The position numbers and the translations under genes are program-made. 28,213 nt of DNA. Source: Microcoleus sp. (GTDB lineage Bacteria > Cyanobacteriota > Cyanobacteriia > Cyanobacteriales > Microcoleaceae). Positions within the stretch are counted from its first letter, which is position 1; the number at the start of each line of letters is the position of its first letter. This document shows positions 8,415 through 16,519 of the stretch, piece after piece. The DNA lies in the NCBI GenBank assembly GCA_042408215.1, contig JAYFMW010000004.1, positions 1 through 28,213 on the forward strand. Direction: 5' to 3'. Below the pieces are notes generated by a model. The model made no database searches. It saw only the letters and a program-made list of their open reading frames with translations, and was not told where the DNA came from.

Positions 8415-8544
8415 GAGATATTGCACCAAGATTAATAAAGGACTCTCGCGCTGGTGGGGGCGGGTTTATTTAACCTGTCTGCACCCTTTAAAGCTCAAGA
8501 GTGAACCGGCCCCTACAGGTTTTTGATAATGGTGCAAGATGTCA
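8415..8544. repeat. Small MITE-like element with TTGCACCA/TGGTGCAA inverted ends
   Basis: gagatattgcacca (8415-8428) ... tggtgcaagatgtca (8530-8544), enclosing a REP-like GGGGCGGG..CCGGCCCCTAC pair. Confidence 0.6.
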
Positions 8545-8574
8545 CCCCATCCAAGATTTGAATCTAGGGAAACA

Positions 8575-8868
8575 TTACTCAGATTTGTAATGCTTCAACT
8601 CTTCATCACTAAAATGATTTACCAAATCCTGGTAGAGCTTTTCAACCACATCAGGATTCAATCCCGCTTCTTTAGCCCACTCGCGCCGCTGCTGTAACAT
8701 AGCATAAAAGCGATCGGGCGCTTTAACGCTAGCTTCACTTGTTTTTAACCTAGCCGCCGCGATGACGTATTGCAATCTCTTGCTCAAAGCCTCGATCACT
8801 TCCCGATCGATTATATCAATTTCTTCCCGAACTTCCTGAATATCCGAACACTCATCTGGGGCTTTCAT
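8575..8868 (-). CDS. Chorismate mutase type II / isochorismate-pyruvate lyase (PchB-like)
   Basis: MKxPxEC..VRxEIDxIDRxVIxALxKR..V.AAAR.K....V.APDR...ML.QRRxWAxExGL.P, the AroQ/PchB pattern; AGGAG SD upstream. Confidence 0.82.
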   Translation of the reverse strand: MKAPDECSDIQEVREEIDIIDREVIEALSKRLQYVIAAARLKTSEASVKAPDRFYAMLQQRREWAKEAGLNPDVVEKLYQDLVNHFSDEELKHYKSE

Positions 8869-8934
8869 AGCCTTTACTCCTGAATAGCTTCTACTCTCAT
8901 CTTACTAAAATTATGATTTGATGTCATCAGAGAA

Positions 8935-9684
8935 CTAAATAAACACCAGCGGTTTGTCCTTCAGAGGAGCAAAAGCTTCGGCATCAAAGCGGTACAAACT
9001 AGCAGGGCGACCGGCCCCCCGCGAAACTTTAACACCCGTATCGCACAAAAAACCCAGTTTCAACAAGCGGGCGCGAAAATTAGAATAATCGGAAAAACTT
9101 TCCCCCAAAATAGTAGTATAAAGTTGATACAAATCGCTTAAAGTGAAAAGCTCCGGCAAGACTTCAAAAGCCACCGGACTATATTCAAGTTTATTCCGCA
9201 AGCGCCGATATCCGTATTCAAGAATTTGATTATGATCGAAGGCTAACTTAGGAACTTGTTCGACAGGATACCAAGCAATCCCGCTGACGCGGTGGCCGGC
9301 ACCCGCAACGACACTCCCAGCAATTAACTCAGCTTCCTCAAACCGCACTAAAGCAAAATAACTCACAGAAAGATAACGATCGCCCCTGGTAAATTCCCTC
9401 GGATCGCGCCCCGGTTCTCCAAAAGTATACAATTGCTCCAAATACAAATTTTTGACCCGAATTTTCTCAGACAAAATCCGGTAAGCTGCATTCTCCAGAG
9501 ATTCTCCTTGGCGCACCAAAGTACCCGGAAGACTCCAATAATCAATAAACGGTTCATCCTGTCGCATTACCAACAGCACCAACAAGCGGTTCTGCACGGT
9601 ATCGACCGAGAAAATCACATTATCTACCCCTACTTTAAAGTCAGCTAGTGAGCAACCTGCGCTCTTTTTTGTGCCTCGTGCCAT
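8935..9684 (-). CDS. nrtR: Nudix-related transcriptional regulator NrtR
   Basis: VGVDNVIF, WSLPG degenerate Nudix box, LEQLYTFG.P.RDPR, LAFDH, C-terminal wHTH (FTLSDL..NFR..GRPASLYRF). Start reassigned to ATG 9684, overlapping the nadD end. Confidence 0.92.
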   Translation of the reverse strand: MARGTKKSAGCSLADFKVGVDNVIFSVDTVQNRLLVLLVMRQDEPFIDYWSLPGTLVRQGESLENAAYRILSEKIRVKNLYLEQLYTFGEPGRDPREFTRGDRYLSVSYFALVRFEEAELIAGSVVAGAGHRVSGIAWYPVEQVPKLAFDHNQILEYGYRRLRNKLEYSPVAFEVLPELFTLSDLYQLYTTILGESFSDYSNFRARLLKLGFLCDTGVKVSRGAGRPASLYRFDAEAFAPLKDKPLVFI

Positions 9685-10244
9685 GCGTACAAATGCTCCC
9701 GATTGATATAAGCTTCGATGGGAGGCGTCAGGGCGCCCAAGTCTCCTGTTTCGCGATAGGATGTTGAAGAAACATTGGGAACACTCAAAGATGCGATCGC
9801 CACATCCGCACCCATGCGCCTCAATTTCCACAAATCTAAATTTTCTGGGGGATAACCAGGCCGCGGCACTACCAGTAATTGCACTTGTTCTAACAACTGT
9901 TGAATTTTGTACCACCGAGACAATTGCGCCACTAAATCGGAACCGACTACCAGCGTCAACTCTGCATTTTCCCACAGCAATTTTGCCCGTTCCACAGTCT
10001 CTACTGTCCTCGGACTGCTGAGTTCTCGATGCAAACAAAGATTTTGCCGTGGCGAGTTAATTTCTTGAATGATTAACAGCAGCATTGCCGATCGATGTTC
10101 TAGGGAAGTTTTATGGGACTTAAAAGGATTATCAGATGCCCAAACTGCCACATAATCAAAATGTTGAGCAAGCCAACTCAATATAGTTTTATGTCCCGCA
10201 GTAGGTGGATCGGCACTGGTTCCAAATAGGGCTATTTTTTTCAT
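9645..10244 (-). CDS. nadD: Nicotinate-nucleotide adenylyltransferase
   Basis: MKKIALFGTSADPPTAGH, NPFK, VVGSD, VSST motifs. Start set at ATG 10244; the upstream MPHAPCP is STRR read-through. Confidence 0.92.
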   Translation of the reverse strand: MKKIALFGTSADPPTAGHKTILSWLAQHFDYVAVWASDNPFKSHKTSLEHRSAMLLLIIQEINSPRQNLCLHRELSSPRTVETVERAKLLWENAELTLVVGSDLVAQLSRWYKIQQLLEQVQLLVVPRPGYPPENLDLWKLRRMGADVAIASLSVPNVSSTSYRETGDLGALTPPIEAYINREHLYAWHEAQKRAQVAH

Positions 10245-10295
10245 AGGGCATGGGGCATGGGGCATGGGGCATGGGGAATTGGGAATTGGGAATTG
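10245..10295. repeat. STRR heptamer tract (GGGGCAT)n(GGGAATT)n
   Basis: Directly visible tandem 7-mers. Confidence 0.85.
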
Positions 10296-10313
10296 AACTA
10301 CATACTAATGACC

Positions 10314-10720
10314 ATTAGTGTCAACTTAATATCAAACGTAGTTCCAGCCTGCTGTTTGATAAATAACCCCTCGATCCCCCCTAACCCCCCTTAAAAAAGG
10401 GGGGACAGGGGGCAGGGCTGTTTCATTCTCTTGTAGGGGCAATCCCCTCGTGAAGAGCCCCGATGCCTGAAACGCCCATTCGATCGTCTGTGGGGGGGGT
10501 AGGCACGGGGAGTAGGGGTAGCACTACCCCTACAAAATCGCGATTTTCCCCTCTAATGAAACAGCCCTGGGGACAGGGGGGGTCAACATCTCCCTTACAA
10601 AAGGGGGACAGGGGGGGTCAAAGTCAACCCCTACTCCCCTTCTTAAGGGGGATTTAGGGGGATCGAGACTAAGCTAGAAGCGAGATTTATCATGGATTTT
10701 AGTCTTAAGTTGATACCAAT
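10314..10720. mobile_element. Nested MITE/REP cluster between pncB and nadD
   Basis: Outer IR attagtgtcaacttaa/ttaagttgataccaat (2 mismatches); inner perfect 15-bp IR cagggctgtttcatt (10413-10427)/aatgaaacagccctg (10555-10569); innermost TTGTAGGGG..CCCCTACAA REP; CCCCCTTAA..AAGGGGG palindromes. Confidence 0.75.
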
Positions 10721-10736
10721 GACTAAGGACTGATGA

Positions 10737-12140
10737 CTAATGACTCTTTCGTGTTTTTTCGGTGAGACTTTGCAAATCAGTAGAAATTTCTACTGGCGGC
10801 GAAATCGGGTTGTCCAAACGGCGATTTTCGGGCCGCAGACTGGCGACAGAAGCAGCGGTTCGTTTGGCGATCGCCTCCAACGTTTCCGGGCCATGCAATC
10901 TTTTGCCCTCCTTAACAACCAATTTCATTAATGGTATTTGAGAATCATAATTATTGATTTCTTCTCCGGCTAATCCCAAACAATCTCCCACAATTTCCCC
11001 ATCTTTTACCTGTCTAAAAATTTGCTTTCGTCCCGGATATGTTACCTTGCCGCTTGCCTCCTTCATCACTGGAATCCCGTCAATTTCCACCAACTTATAA
11101 ACACCGTTTACAGGGGAACCGCTTACCAGCCGCGTTCCCAAACCATATCCGTCAATGCAAGCACCGGAACTTTTTAATTTAGCAATTTCCCACTCGTCCA
11201 AATCGCCGCTGGCAATAATCGGAACGCCCGGAAGGAGCGATCGCACTTCCCGCGACAATTTTACCAAATCCCCAGAATCCAGCCGCACGCCTTCCAACTG
11301 CATTTGACCGGTGTTTACTCGATCGGCCAACTGGCGCGCCGCCGCCACAGTATCATAAGTATCGATCAACAGCGGTGCACCCGGAAAATAGCGGTGAAAC
11401 GCCGTAAACGCCTCATCCTCACTGCCTTCGAGGGCCCCGACAGCCATCACCAAAGCGTGAGCCATCGTACCCACAGGTAGGCGGCCCAACCTCAAAGCAG
11501 CCAAAACATTAGAAGTCCCATCAATCCCCGCAGCCAGAGCAGCCCTAGCCGCCCACACAGCAGCTTGAGGGCCAAAAGCTCTGCGCGTGCCGAATTCCAG
11601 CAATTTAGCCTCCGGGCCCGCCACATCCCGCAGCCGCGCCGATCGCGTCGCAATCAAAGTTTGATAATTGATGACATTCAGCAGATAAGTTTCCACCAAC
11701 TGAGCCTGCCACAAAGGAGCCTCGATTCGCAGCAGTGGCTCATTGGCAAATACCGCCGTCCCCTCCGGCATCGCCCAAACATCCCCTGTAAAGCGGGCTG
11801 TGGCGAGTAGAGTCCAAAATCGATCGGGGGCACCAGCAAAAATGCCAGTGGACTGCAAAGCCTGAATTTGCGCCCCAGAAAACCGAAATTTCTCTAGATA
11901 ATCGAGAACTTGAGCCAAACCCATCGCGATCGCATAGCCAAAACCTTCAGGTAAGCGTCGCGCGAACAGCTCAAAACTCGCAGCCCGCCCGTCGATCCCT
12001 TCCCCCACGTAACAAGCAGCCATCGTTAGCTGGTAGAGGTCGGTCAATAAGCTGTAATCTTCTGAGGAAAGGGTAAGTTCTTGGTCTTCTTGGATTTCCT
12101 CAAAACCTTTGAGGTGCAGGCTCTCAGTGGCAGTTTTCAT
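10737..12140 (-). CDS. pncB: Nicotinate phosphoribosyltransferase
   Basis: SLLTDLYQLTM, EFGTRRA, GTMAH, LIDTYD, VRLDSGD, ASGDLDE, VYKLVE motifs. Start set at ATG 12140 because the longer ORF start overlaps the operator. Confidence 0.95.
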   Translation of the reverse strand: MKTATESLHLKGFEEIQEDQELTLSSEDYSLLTDLYQLTMAACYVGEGIDGRAASFELFARRLPEGFGYAIAMGLAQVLDYLEKFRFSGAQIQALQSTGIFAGAPDRFWTLLATARFTGDVWAMPEGTAVFANEPLLRIEAPLWQAQLVETYLLNVINYQTLIATRSARLRDVAGPEAKLLEFGTRRAFGPQAAVWAARAALAAGIDGTSNVLAALRLGRLPVGTMAHALVMAVGALEGSEDEAFTAFHRYFPGAPLLIDTYDTVAAARQLADRVNTGQMQLEGVRLDSGDLVKLSREVRSLLPGVPIIASGDLDEWEIAKLKSSGACIDGYGLGTRLVSGSPVNGVYKLVEIDGIPVMKEASGKVTYPGRKQIFRQVKDGEIVGDCLGLAGEEINNYDSQIPLMKLVVKEGKRLHGPETLEAIAKRTAASVASLRPENRRLDNPISPPVEISTDLQSLTEKTRKSH

Positions 12141-12172
12141 GGCAAAACCCCGGACAAGCTTCTTTGTTTTAA

Positions 12173-12193
12173 TTATAGTGACTAACACCATAT
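12173..12193. promoter_or_regulatory. NrtR operator (GT-N7-AC palindrome)
   Basis: TTATAGT-GACTAAC-ACCATAT, 33 bp upstream of the pncB ATG; fits the 21-bp AT-rich GT-N7-AC palindrome described for NrtR regulons. Confidence 0.78.
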
Positions 12194-12637
12194 CTTTTTG
12201 TAAATTTTTGATAAAGATTGCAGATAAATGTAAAAGTTTCGGTTCATGGACGCTGTAATGCTTGATATTGGGTAGATTGACAGCGGAGTGTTATGGTAGA
12301 ATCAATAAAAATTGTCCAGCAGTTTGCCCGTCATCGGTTGGCGTGACGCGGCCGGCAGGCCTAGCTATAAACCAAGGCACTTATGGACTTATGCAGAAGT
12401 AAAAAGCCGTAAAAGCAATGGTTTCAGCAATTGAGAATGTCCTAATCACTTTGACACTGGCGATCGAAAGCAAAAGGAAAAATTTTCAGCCATAATAGCG
12501 AGTTTAATAATCTTCAGCTTGCTTCGATAGTTGCAGACTAATAAGTAATTAAAACAAATATTGCTAAAGCAATCCAAAGGCAAAAAATAAGAGTAATATA
12601 TAAAGTATCAGAACCCAGAGCAAGAGAGGCGGGTACA

Positions 12638-12802
12638 ATGAACCTTTCCAAATCTTTGACGAATGCTATGCGTTACATTTCGGAAGCAGCTATACGGATT
12701 TTTAGCCCCAGCGATGACCAGTATCCAAGCACAGGTGTTCAACCTTTTGAAGGTACACCCTCCAAAAGATCTAAATGGCAACAGTCTGTTACCCAGGTCT
12801 AA
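12638..12802 (+). CDS. Small conserved cyanobacterial protein (54 aa), not in ORF track
   Basis: MNLSKSLTNAMRYISEAAIRIFSPSDDQYPSTGVQPFEGTPSKRSKWQQSVTQV*. The YISEAxxRIFxPxDDxYPxxGVQPFEG motif is one I recall from small cyanobacterial proteins; GAGAGG SD upstream. Confidence 0.75.
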   Translation: MNLSKSLTNAMRYISEAAIRIFSPSDDQYPSTGVQPFEGTPSKRSKWQQSVTQV

Positions 12803-13160
12803 AGACACGCTCGCTTGTAAGAGAAATGGTTCGACGGAGTTGATCCTGAGCGAAGTCGAAGGGCTCACCAACCATCGAAACAAGCCGTACTTACCAGACC
12901 ACCCTGAGCTGCGTCGAGGGGTCGCCGTCCCAAGGGTCACGACACCGGGCGAAGGCGACCCTAGTTAAGAGCTCTGTCATCCGCAATTAAACACTTCGAC
13001 TTCGCTCAGGAACCGCGTAGCCGCAGTGTCGAGCAAGAAAGTGCTTCACTTTCATCACACCGAATTAAACAACCCCCTGTGTAATGGCACTTGGCGGTTG
13101 AAACCGCCGGGGCGTTTCCCGCTTGAAGGGCGGGAGCCGCGCTCGTTTCCCACTTACCCA
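12784..13160 (+). ncRNA. Degenerate second HEARO/IscB-type omega-RNA element without iscB
   Basis: GTCTGTTACCC..GCTTG start; gtcacgacac...ctagtt....gctctgtcatccgcaattaaaca nearly identical to 3615-3671; IS200/605-like end GTTTCCCACTTACCCA followed by ATG. Confidence 0.62.
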
Positions 13161-13192
13161 ATGTTTCAATGACTTTTAAATATTTTCAATTT

Positions 13193-13223
13193 ACCCCAGC
13201 TAAACTTTGTTTAGTTGGGGTTT
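13193..13223. terminator. Hairpin between convergent units
   Basis: ACCCCAGCTAAAC-ttt-GTTTAGTTGGGGT. Confidence 0.6.
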
Positions 13224-13264
13224 GGCAACTAATATCAAGTAGGTTAGGTTAAGGGAATCGAAAC

Positions 13265-13383
13265 CCCAATTACCAATTACCCATTACCCATTACCCATTA
13301 CCAATTACCCATTACCCATTACCCATTACCCATTACCCAATTCCCAATTACCAATTCCCAATTACCAATTCCCAATTACCCAA
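13265..13383. repeat. Long STRR tract (ATTACCC/AATTACC/AATTCCC)n, about 17 units
   Basis: Directly visible; overlaps the kinase stop codon. Confidence 0.9.
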
Positions 13384-14063
13384 AACTGATTCAGGAAAAA
13401 GGCGATCGCAGCACTGCCGATCGGCACCGTCAAATTGTCAATTCCCCACTTAGAAACCGACTCCAAACTAGCAGCAACCAAAGCCACAACCGCAGATACT
13501 GCCAAAGTTTGCCAAACATTACCTTGAACCGCTAGCAAAATTAAACTGCTAACAACAAAACTCACCAAATACATAGTCGCAGAACCTTCCCAACTTTTCT
13601 TCATTCCCCAAACTCGATAAGTATGTTTGCCGTATTTCAGGCCGATGACAGCGGCCAATCCGTCCCCCCAAGTCATCACTAAAATACCCAAAGCAGCGTA
13701 TTCCTGATGTTGTATTGGCCAAAACCAAGCCACGAGAATGCTGATAGTAACAGCATAGAAAAAAGTCCCCCAACTGTGCCGATTGATGCTGTTAAGACTG
13801 GGCAAAATCGGCACTTGGTAGGAAATTAGGGCGATCGCCGCCGCTAAAATTCCCGCCGCGATCCCCACCCAACCCGGTATTTCCAGCCACCAAGCCAGCA
13901 AAATCACATTTCCAGTACCGATGTGAACCACCTTCCGCGAAACCTCAGCATCGACAGAAGTAAAGCGATTTAACCCTTCAGCCACCACTAAAATCAAACC
14001 CAACCAGATACCCACGAGGGAAATTTGCAGCCAGACAGTCGGAATTTCAGCAAATATAGACAC
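13362..14063 (-). CDS. Phytol/polyprenol (dolichol-type) kinase, CTP-dependent membrane family
   Basis: EVSRKVVHIGTGN, WGDGLAAVIG..YG, KSWEGS, GIDNLTVP motifs; multiple TM helices; GTG start. Confidence 0.88.
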   Translation of the reverse strand: MSIFAEIPTVWLQISLVGIWLGLILVVAEGLNRFTSVDAEVSRKVVHIGTGNVILLAWWLEIPGWVGIAAGILAAAIALISYQVPILPSLNSINRHSWGTFFYAVTISILVAWFWPIQHQEYAALGILVMTWGDGLAAVIGLKYGKHTYRVWGMKKSWEGSATMYLVSFVVSSLILLAVQGNVWQTLAVSAVVALVAASLESVSKWGIDNLTVPIGSAAIAFFLNQFWVIGNW

Positions 14064-14308
14064 GATATTTAGGAAAAATTGAGATCGAGTGGACTAGGCG
14101 GTCTTCTATAAACCTGATTTTAACCCGCATCGGTGTGTTTGAGTTGCATAAATACGATACAATATCAAATCTATTGGCATGGAAATTATTCATCTCTCTC
14201 TTTTATTCCTCTGCGCTCTCTGCGGTCTCTGCGGTTTAATCATTCCGAAACAACCGTAAACGATATTAGTCCTTTGAAGTTTTGAAATTATCAGAGAATC
14301 TGACGACT

Positions 14309-14590
14309 ATGCAATATGTATTAATCCTTCACGAAGTAGAAAATTATGAAGCCTGGAAAAAGGTATTCGATCGTGCAGCCAACCTAAGAAAAGAAGCTGG
14401 AGAGCGATCGTATCAAGTCTTGAAGTATGAAAAAGAACCCAACAAAATTGTTCATTTCTCCGCCTGGACATCAATCGCAGATGCTAGGGCATTTTTTGAG
14501 TCTCCGAGACTGGTTCAAATTAGAGAGGAAGCGGGAGTTAAAGCTCCTGAGTTTATATATTTAGACCAATTAGAATCAGGAGTATTATGA
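14309..14590 (+). CDS. Small ferredoxin-fold protein (antibiotic biosynthesis monooxygenase/cyclase-like)
   Basis: MQYVLILHEVENYEAWKKVFD..RKEAGE....W.S...ARAFFES..L...REEAGV...P pattern. Confidence 0.75.
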   Translation: MQYVLILHEVENYEAWKKVFDRAANLRKEAGERSYQVLKYEKEPNKIVHFSAWTSIADARAFFESPRLVQIREEAGVKAPEFIYLDQLESGVL

Positions 14591-14749
14591 AATAGCTCAC
14601 GATCGCCTTTGTGTAATCTCAAGAGATTTGAAGCATAATTATTACCATCAGTTTCCTGCTGACAATGCTGTCACTATGGCTGTTACTGCGGGACTAAGGC
14701 TAGACAAGACAACGACGGAAGCACTAGCAATAATAATAAATATTAAAAT

Positions 14750-15709
14750 TCAGAATTCAACACTATTCACCAACTCTCGCACCGCCGCAAAAGCCTTTCC
14801 CCGCCACTCCACCGGCAACAGTGACAGCCCCAAACCAGCCCACATTTTCGCCTCAGAAACAGACTTTCCGGCCCGCACCATCCACCGCCCTTTTTCAGTT
14901 TCACCCACCTCAATCAGTCGTAAACCCAGCGCTAATTGAGTTTCTGCAATCCTTCTGAGCCTGACAGTTTCCAACTTCTCCAAATCAAACTCATAGCTTG
15001 TCAAATAGCGCAATTTATCAGTCAAATAGGGAATTGCCCGATCGCTCCCTTGCTGTGCTGCATGAAATCGATACTCCATCAAAAGTTCCGGCAAATAATA
15101 GCATTTTTTCCCAGCTATGGCAAGTCTGACAAACAAATCGTTATCTTCGCAATTTTGCCAATTTGGGCGCAGAAACCCTACCTCTTGCAACGCACTGCGG
15201 CGAAACAAAGTTGCACCTATTTGCAAACTTTGTTTGAGAAAAACCGTAGTCAGCAAATCTTCGATAATTCCCACCGACAACGAGCTGCGACCCCACCTGT
15301 GCGAATTGAGTTTAGTCTCGTTTTTATCAAGATTATTCTTAACATCAATCACCCAGTGGTCGGTACTGACAAAATCGATGCTGGGGTCTTTATCTAAAAT
15401 AGCAGATGTCCGTTCTAGGAATTGTGCAGTCAGGCGATCGTCATCGTCAAACTTAAGAAAATATTCGCCCCTAGCCGCCGCAAAGCCCGATCGCATATTA
15501 TTGCTTTTACCGATATTCTGCGGGTGGCGAATGTAGCGAATCCCTTGGTCTACAAATTCTGACATTAACAGCGACGTGCTGTCAGTAGAGCCGTCATCGC
15601 AGACAATTAATTCAAAATCTGTATAAGTTTGATCTAGCACGCTGGCGATCGCACTGGCCAGCAAATGCACTCGATTGCAAGTAGGAATGCAAACGCTAAT
15701 TTTCGGCAC
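14750..15709 (-). CDS. Glycosyltransferase family 2
   Basis: ISVCIPTCNR, VCDDGSTD, FDDDD and ED motifs. GTG start at 15709; the upstream FFLLPSS is repeat read-through. Confidence 0.9.
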   Translation of the reverse strand: MPKISVCIPTCNRVHLLASAIASVLDQTYTDFELIVCDDGSTDSTSLLMSEFVDQGIRYIRHPQNIGKSNNMRSGFAAARGEYFLKFDDDDRLTAQFLERTSAILDKDPSIDFVSTDHWVIDVKNNLDKNETKLNSHRWGRSSLSVGIIEDLLTTVFLKQSLQIGATLFRRSALQEVGFLRPNWQNCEDNDLFVRLAIAGKKCYYLPELLMEYRFHAAQQGSDRAIPYLTDKLRYLTSYEFDLEKLETVRLRRIAETQLALGLRLIEVGETEKGRWMVRAGKSVSEAKMWAGLGLSLLPVEWRGKAFAAVRELVNSVEF

Positions 15710-15723
15710 AAGCTTATATAGCA

Positions 15724-15771
15724 GAAGGAAGAAGGAAGAAGGAAGAAGGAAGAAGGAAGAAGGAAGAAGGA
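15724..15771. repeat. (GAAGGAA/GAAGAAG)n heptamer tract
   Basis: Directly visible. Confidence 0.85.
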
Positions 15772-15862
15772 AAATGCAGGCCATGTCATAGTTTCAGTGA
15801 TTCAAAATGTCCTCACCGCCGAGAAGGTTGCTATAACATTTTAGATTTGAGATTAATGTATT

Positions 15863-16333
15863 TTAACTCAAACGAGCCGTACATTCGAGAATTAACTTTT
15901 GATTCACCAAAGCAAAGGGTTGAATTGCCAAAGCTCGGCGAAAAGCTTGAATCGCATTTATGTATTCTCCCAAGGCAGCGTAGCACAAACCCATACCGTG
16001 CAAGGCTCCAAAATGAATTGGGTTGAGTTTGAGGACGATTTCGCAGTCGTGGATCGACTTTTTATAATTTCCTTGGGTATAGTGGAGTACGGCGCGCCGA
16101 TTCCAAGCTTCAGCAAAATCAGGCTCTTGAGCAATCAGTTTTGTCAGCAAATCCAAAGCGTGGCGAACATCCCCTGCATCTAGGGAAACTTGCGATCGCC
16201 TGAGAATTTGCATCCCGTACTCTCCCTTCTGGTGAAACCAACTGCGCCAGAGTTCTGTAGTCGCCCGATCGCGCACGCTTTCGTCGGAGTTTTTCAAATC
16301 TTCGAGCAGCGCCTTAACAGATAATTCGTCCAT
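15863..16333 (-). CDS. TPR repeat protein
   Basis: PDFAEAWNRRA..Y, LNPIHFGALHGMG.CY, AFRRALAIQP TPR motifs. Confidence 0.88.
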   Translation of the reverse strand: MDELSVKALLEDLKNSDESVRDRATTELWRSWFHQKGEYGMQILRRSQVSLDAGDVRHALDLLTKLIAQEPDFAEAWNRRAVLHYTQGNYKKSIHDCEIVLKLNPIHFGALHGMGLCYAALGEYINAIQAFRRALAIQPFALVNQKLILECTARLS

Positions 16334-16403
16334 AGGTGCGAGGATTGTTAAAAAAGGTTTGTATCAATCAATCTTATCGCTTGGCCGCCACTTTATTTAT
16401 TAG

Positions 16404-16504
16404 TCCTGGATGCACTATCAACCTAAAAACCCGGTTTCTCGCGATCGTCAGCAACCTAAAATGACAGAATTAAGCTAAGAAACCGGGTTTTTGCGTAAGT
16501 CCTG
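16404..16504. repeat. MITE/REP-like element with AAAACCCGGTTTCT / AGAAACCGGGTTTT arms
   Basis: Inverted arms at ~16426-16439 and ~16478-16491, ending TGCGTAAGTCCTG; related arm at ~26740. Confidence 0.65.
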
Positions 16505-16519
16505 TTTATCAAACAGCCC

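Noticed and set aside
9685..10038. 118-aa N-terminal extension of NrtR
   Set aside because: It is an alternative-frame read of nadD; ATG 9684 gives a normal-sized NrtR.
12608..12968. ORFs 12608-12940(-) and 12663-12968(+)
   Set aside because: They are shadow frames over the 54-aa gene and the HEARO-like repeat DNA.
13265..13383. Tandem repeats as a possible CRISPR array for csx3
   Set aside because: These are contiguous 7-mers with no unique spacers (STRR). I saw no repeat-spacer array anywhere in the window.
15710..15784. FFLLPSS-repeat N-terminus on the GT2
   Set aside because: It is translation of a heptamer repeat upstream of the likely GTG start.
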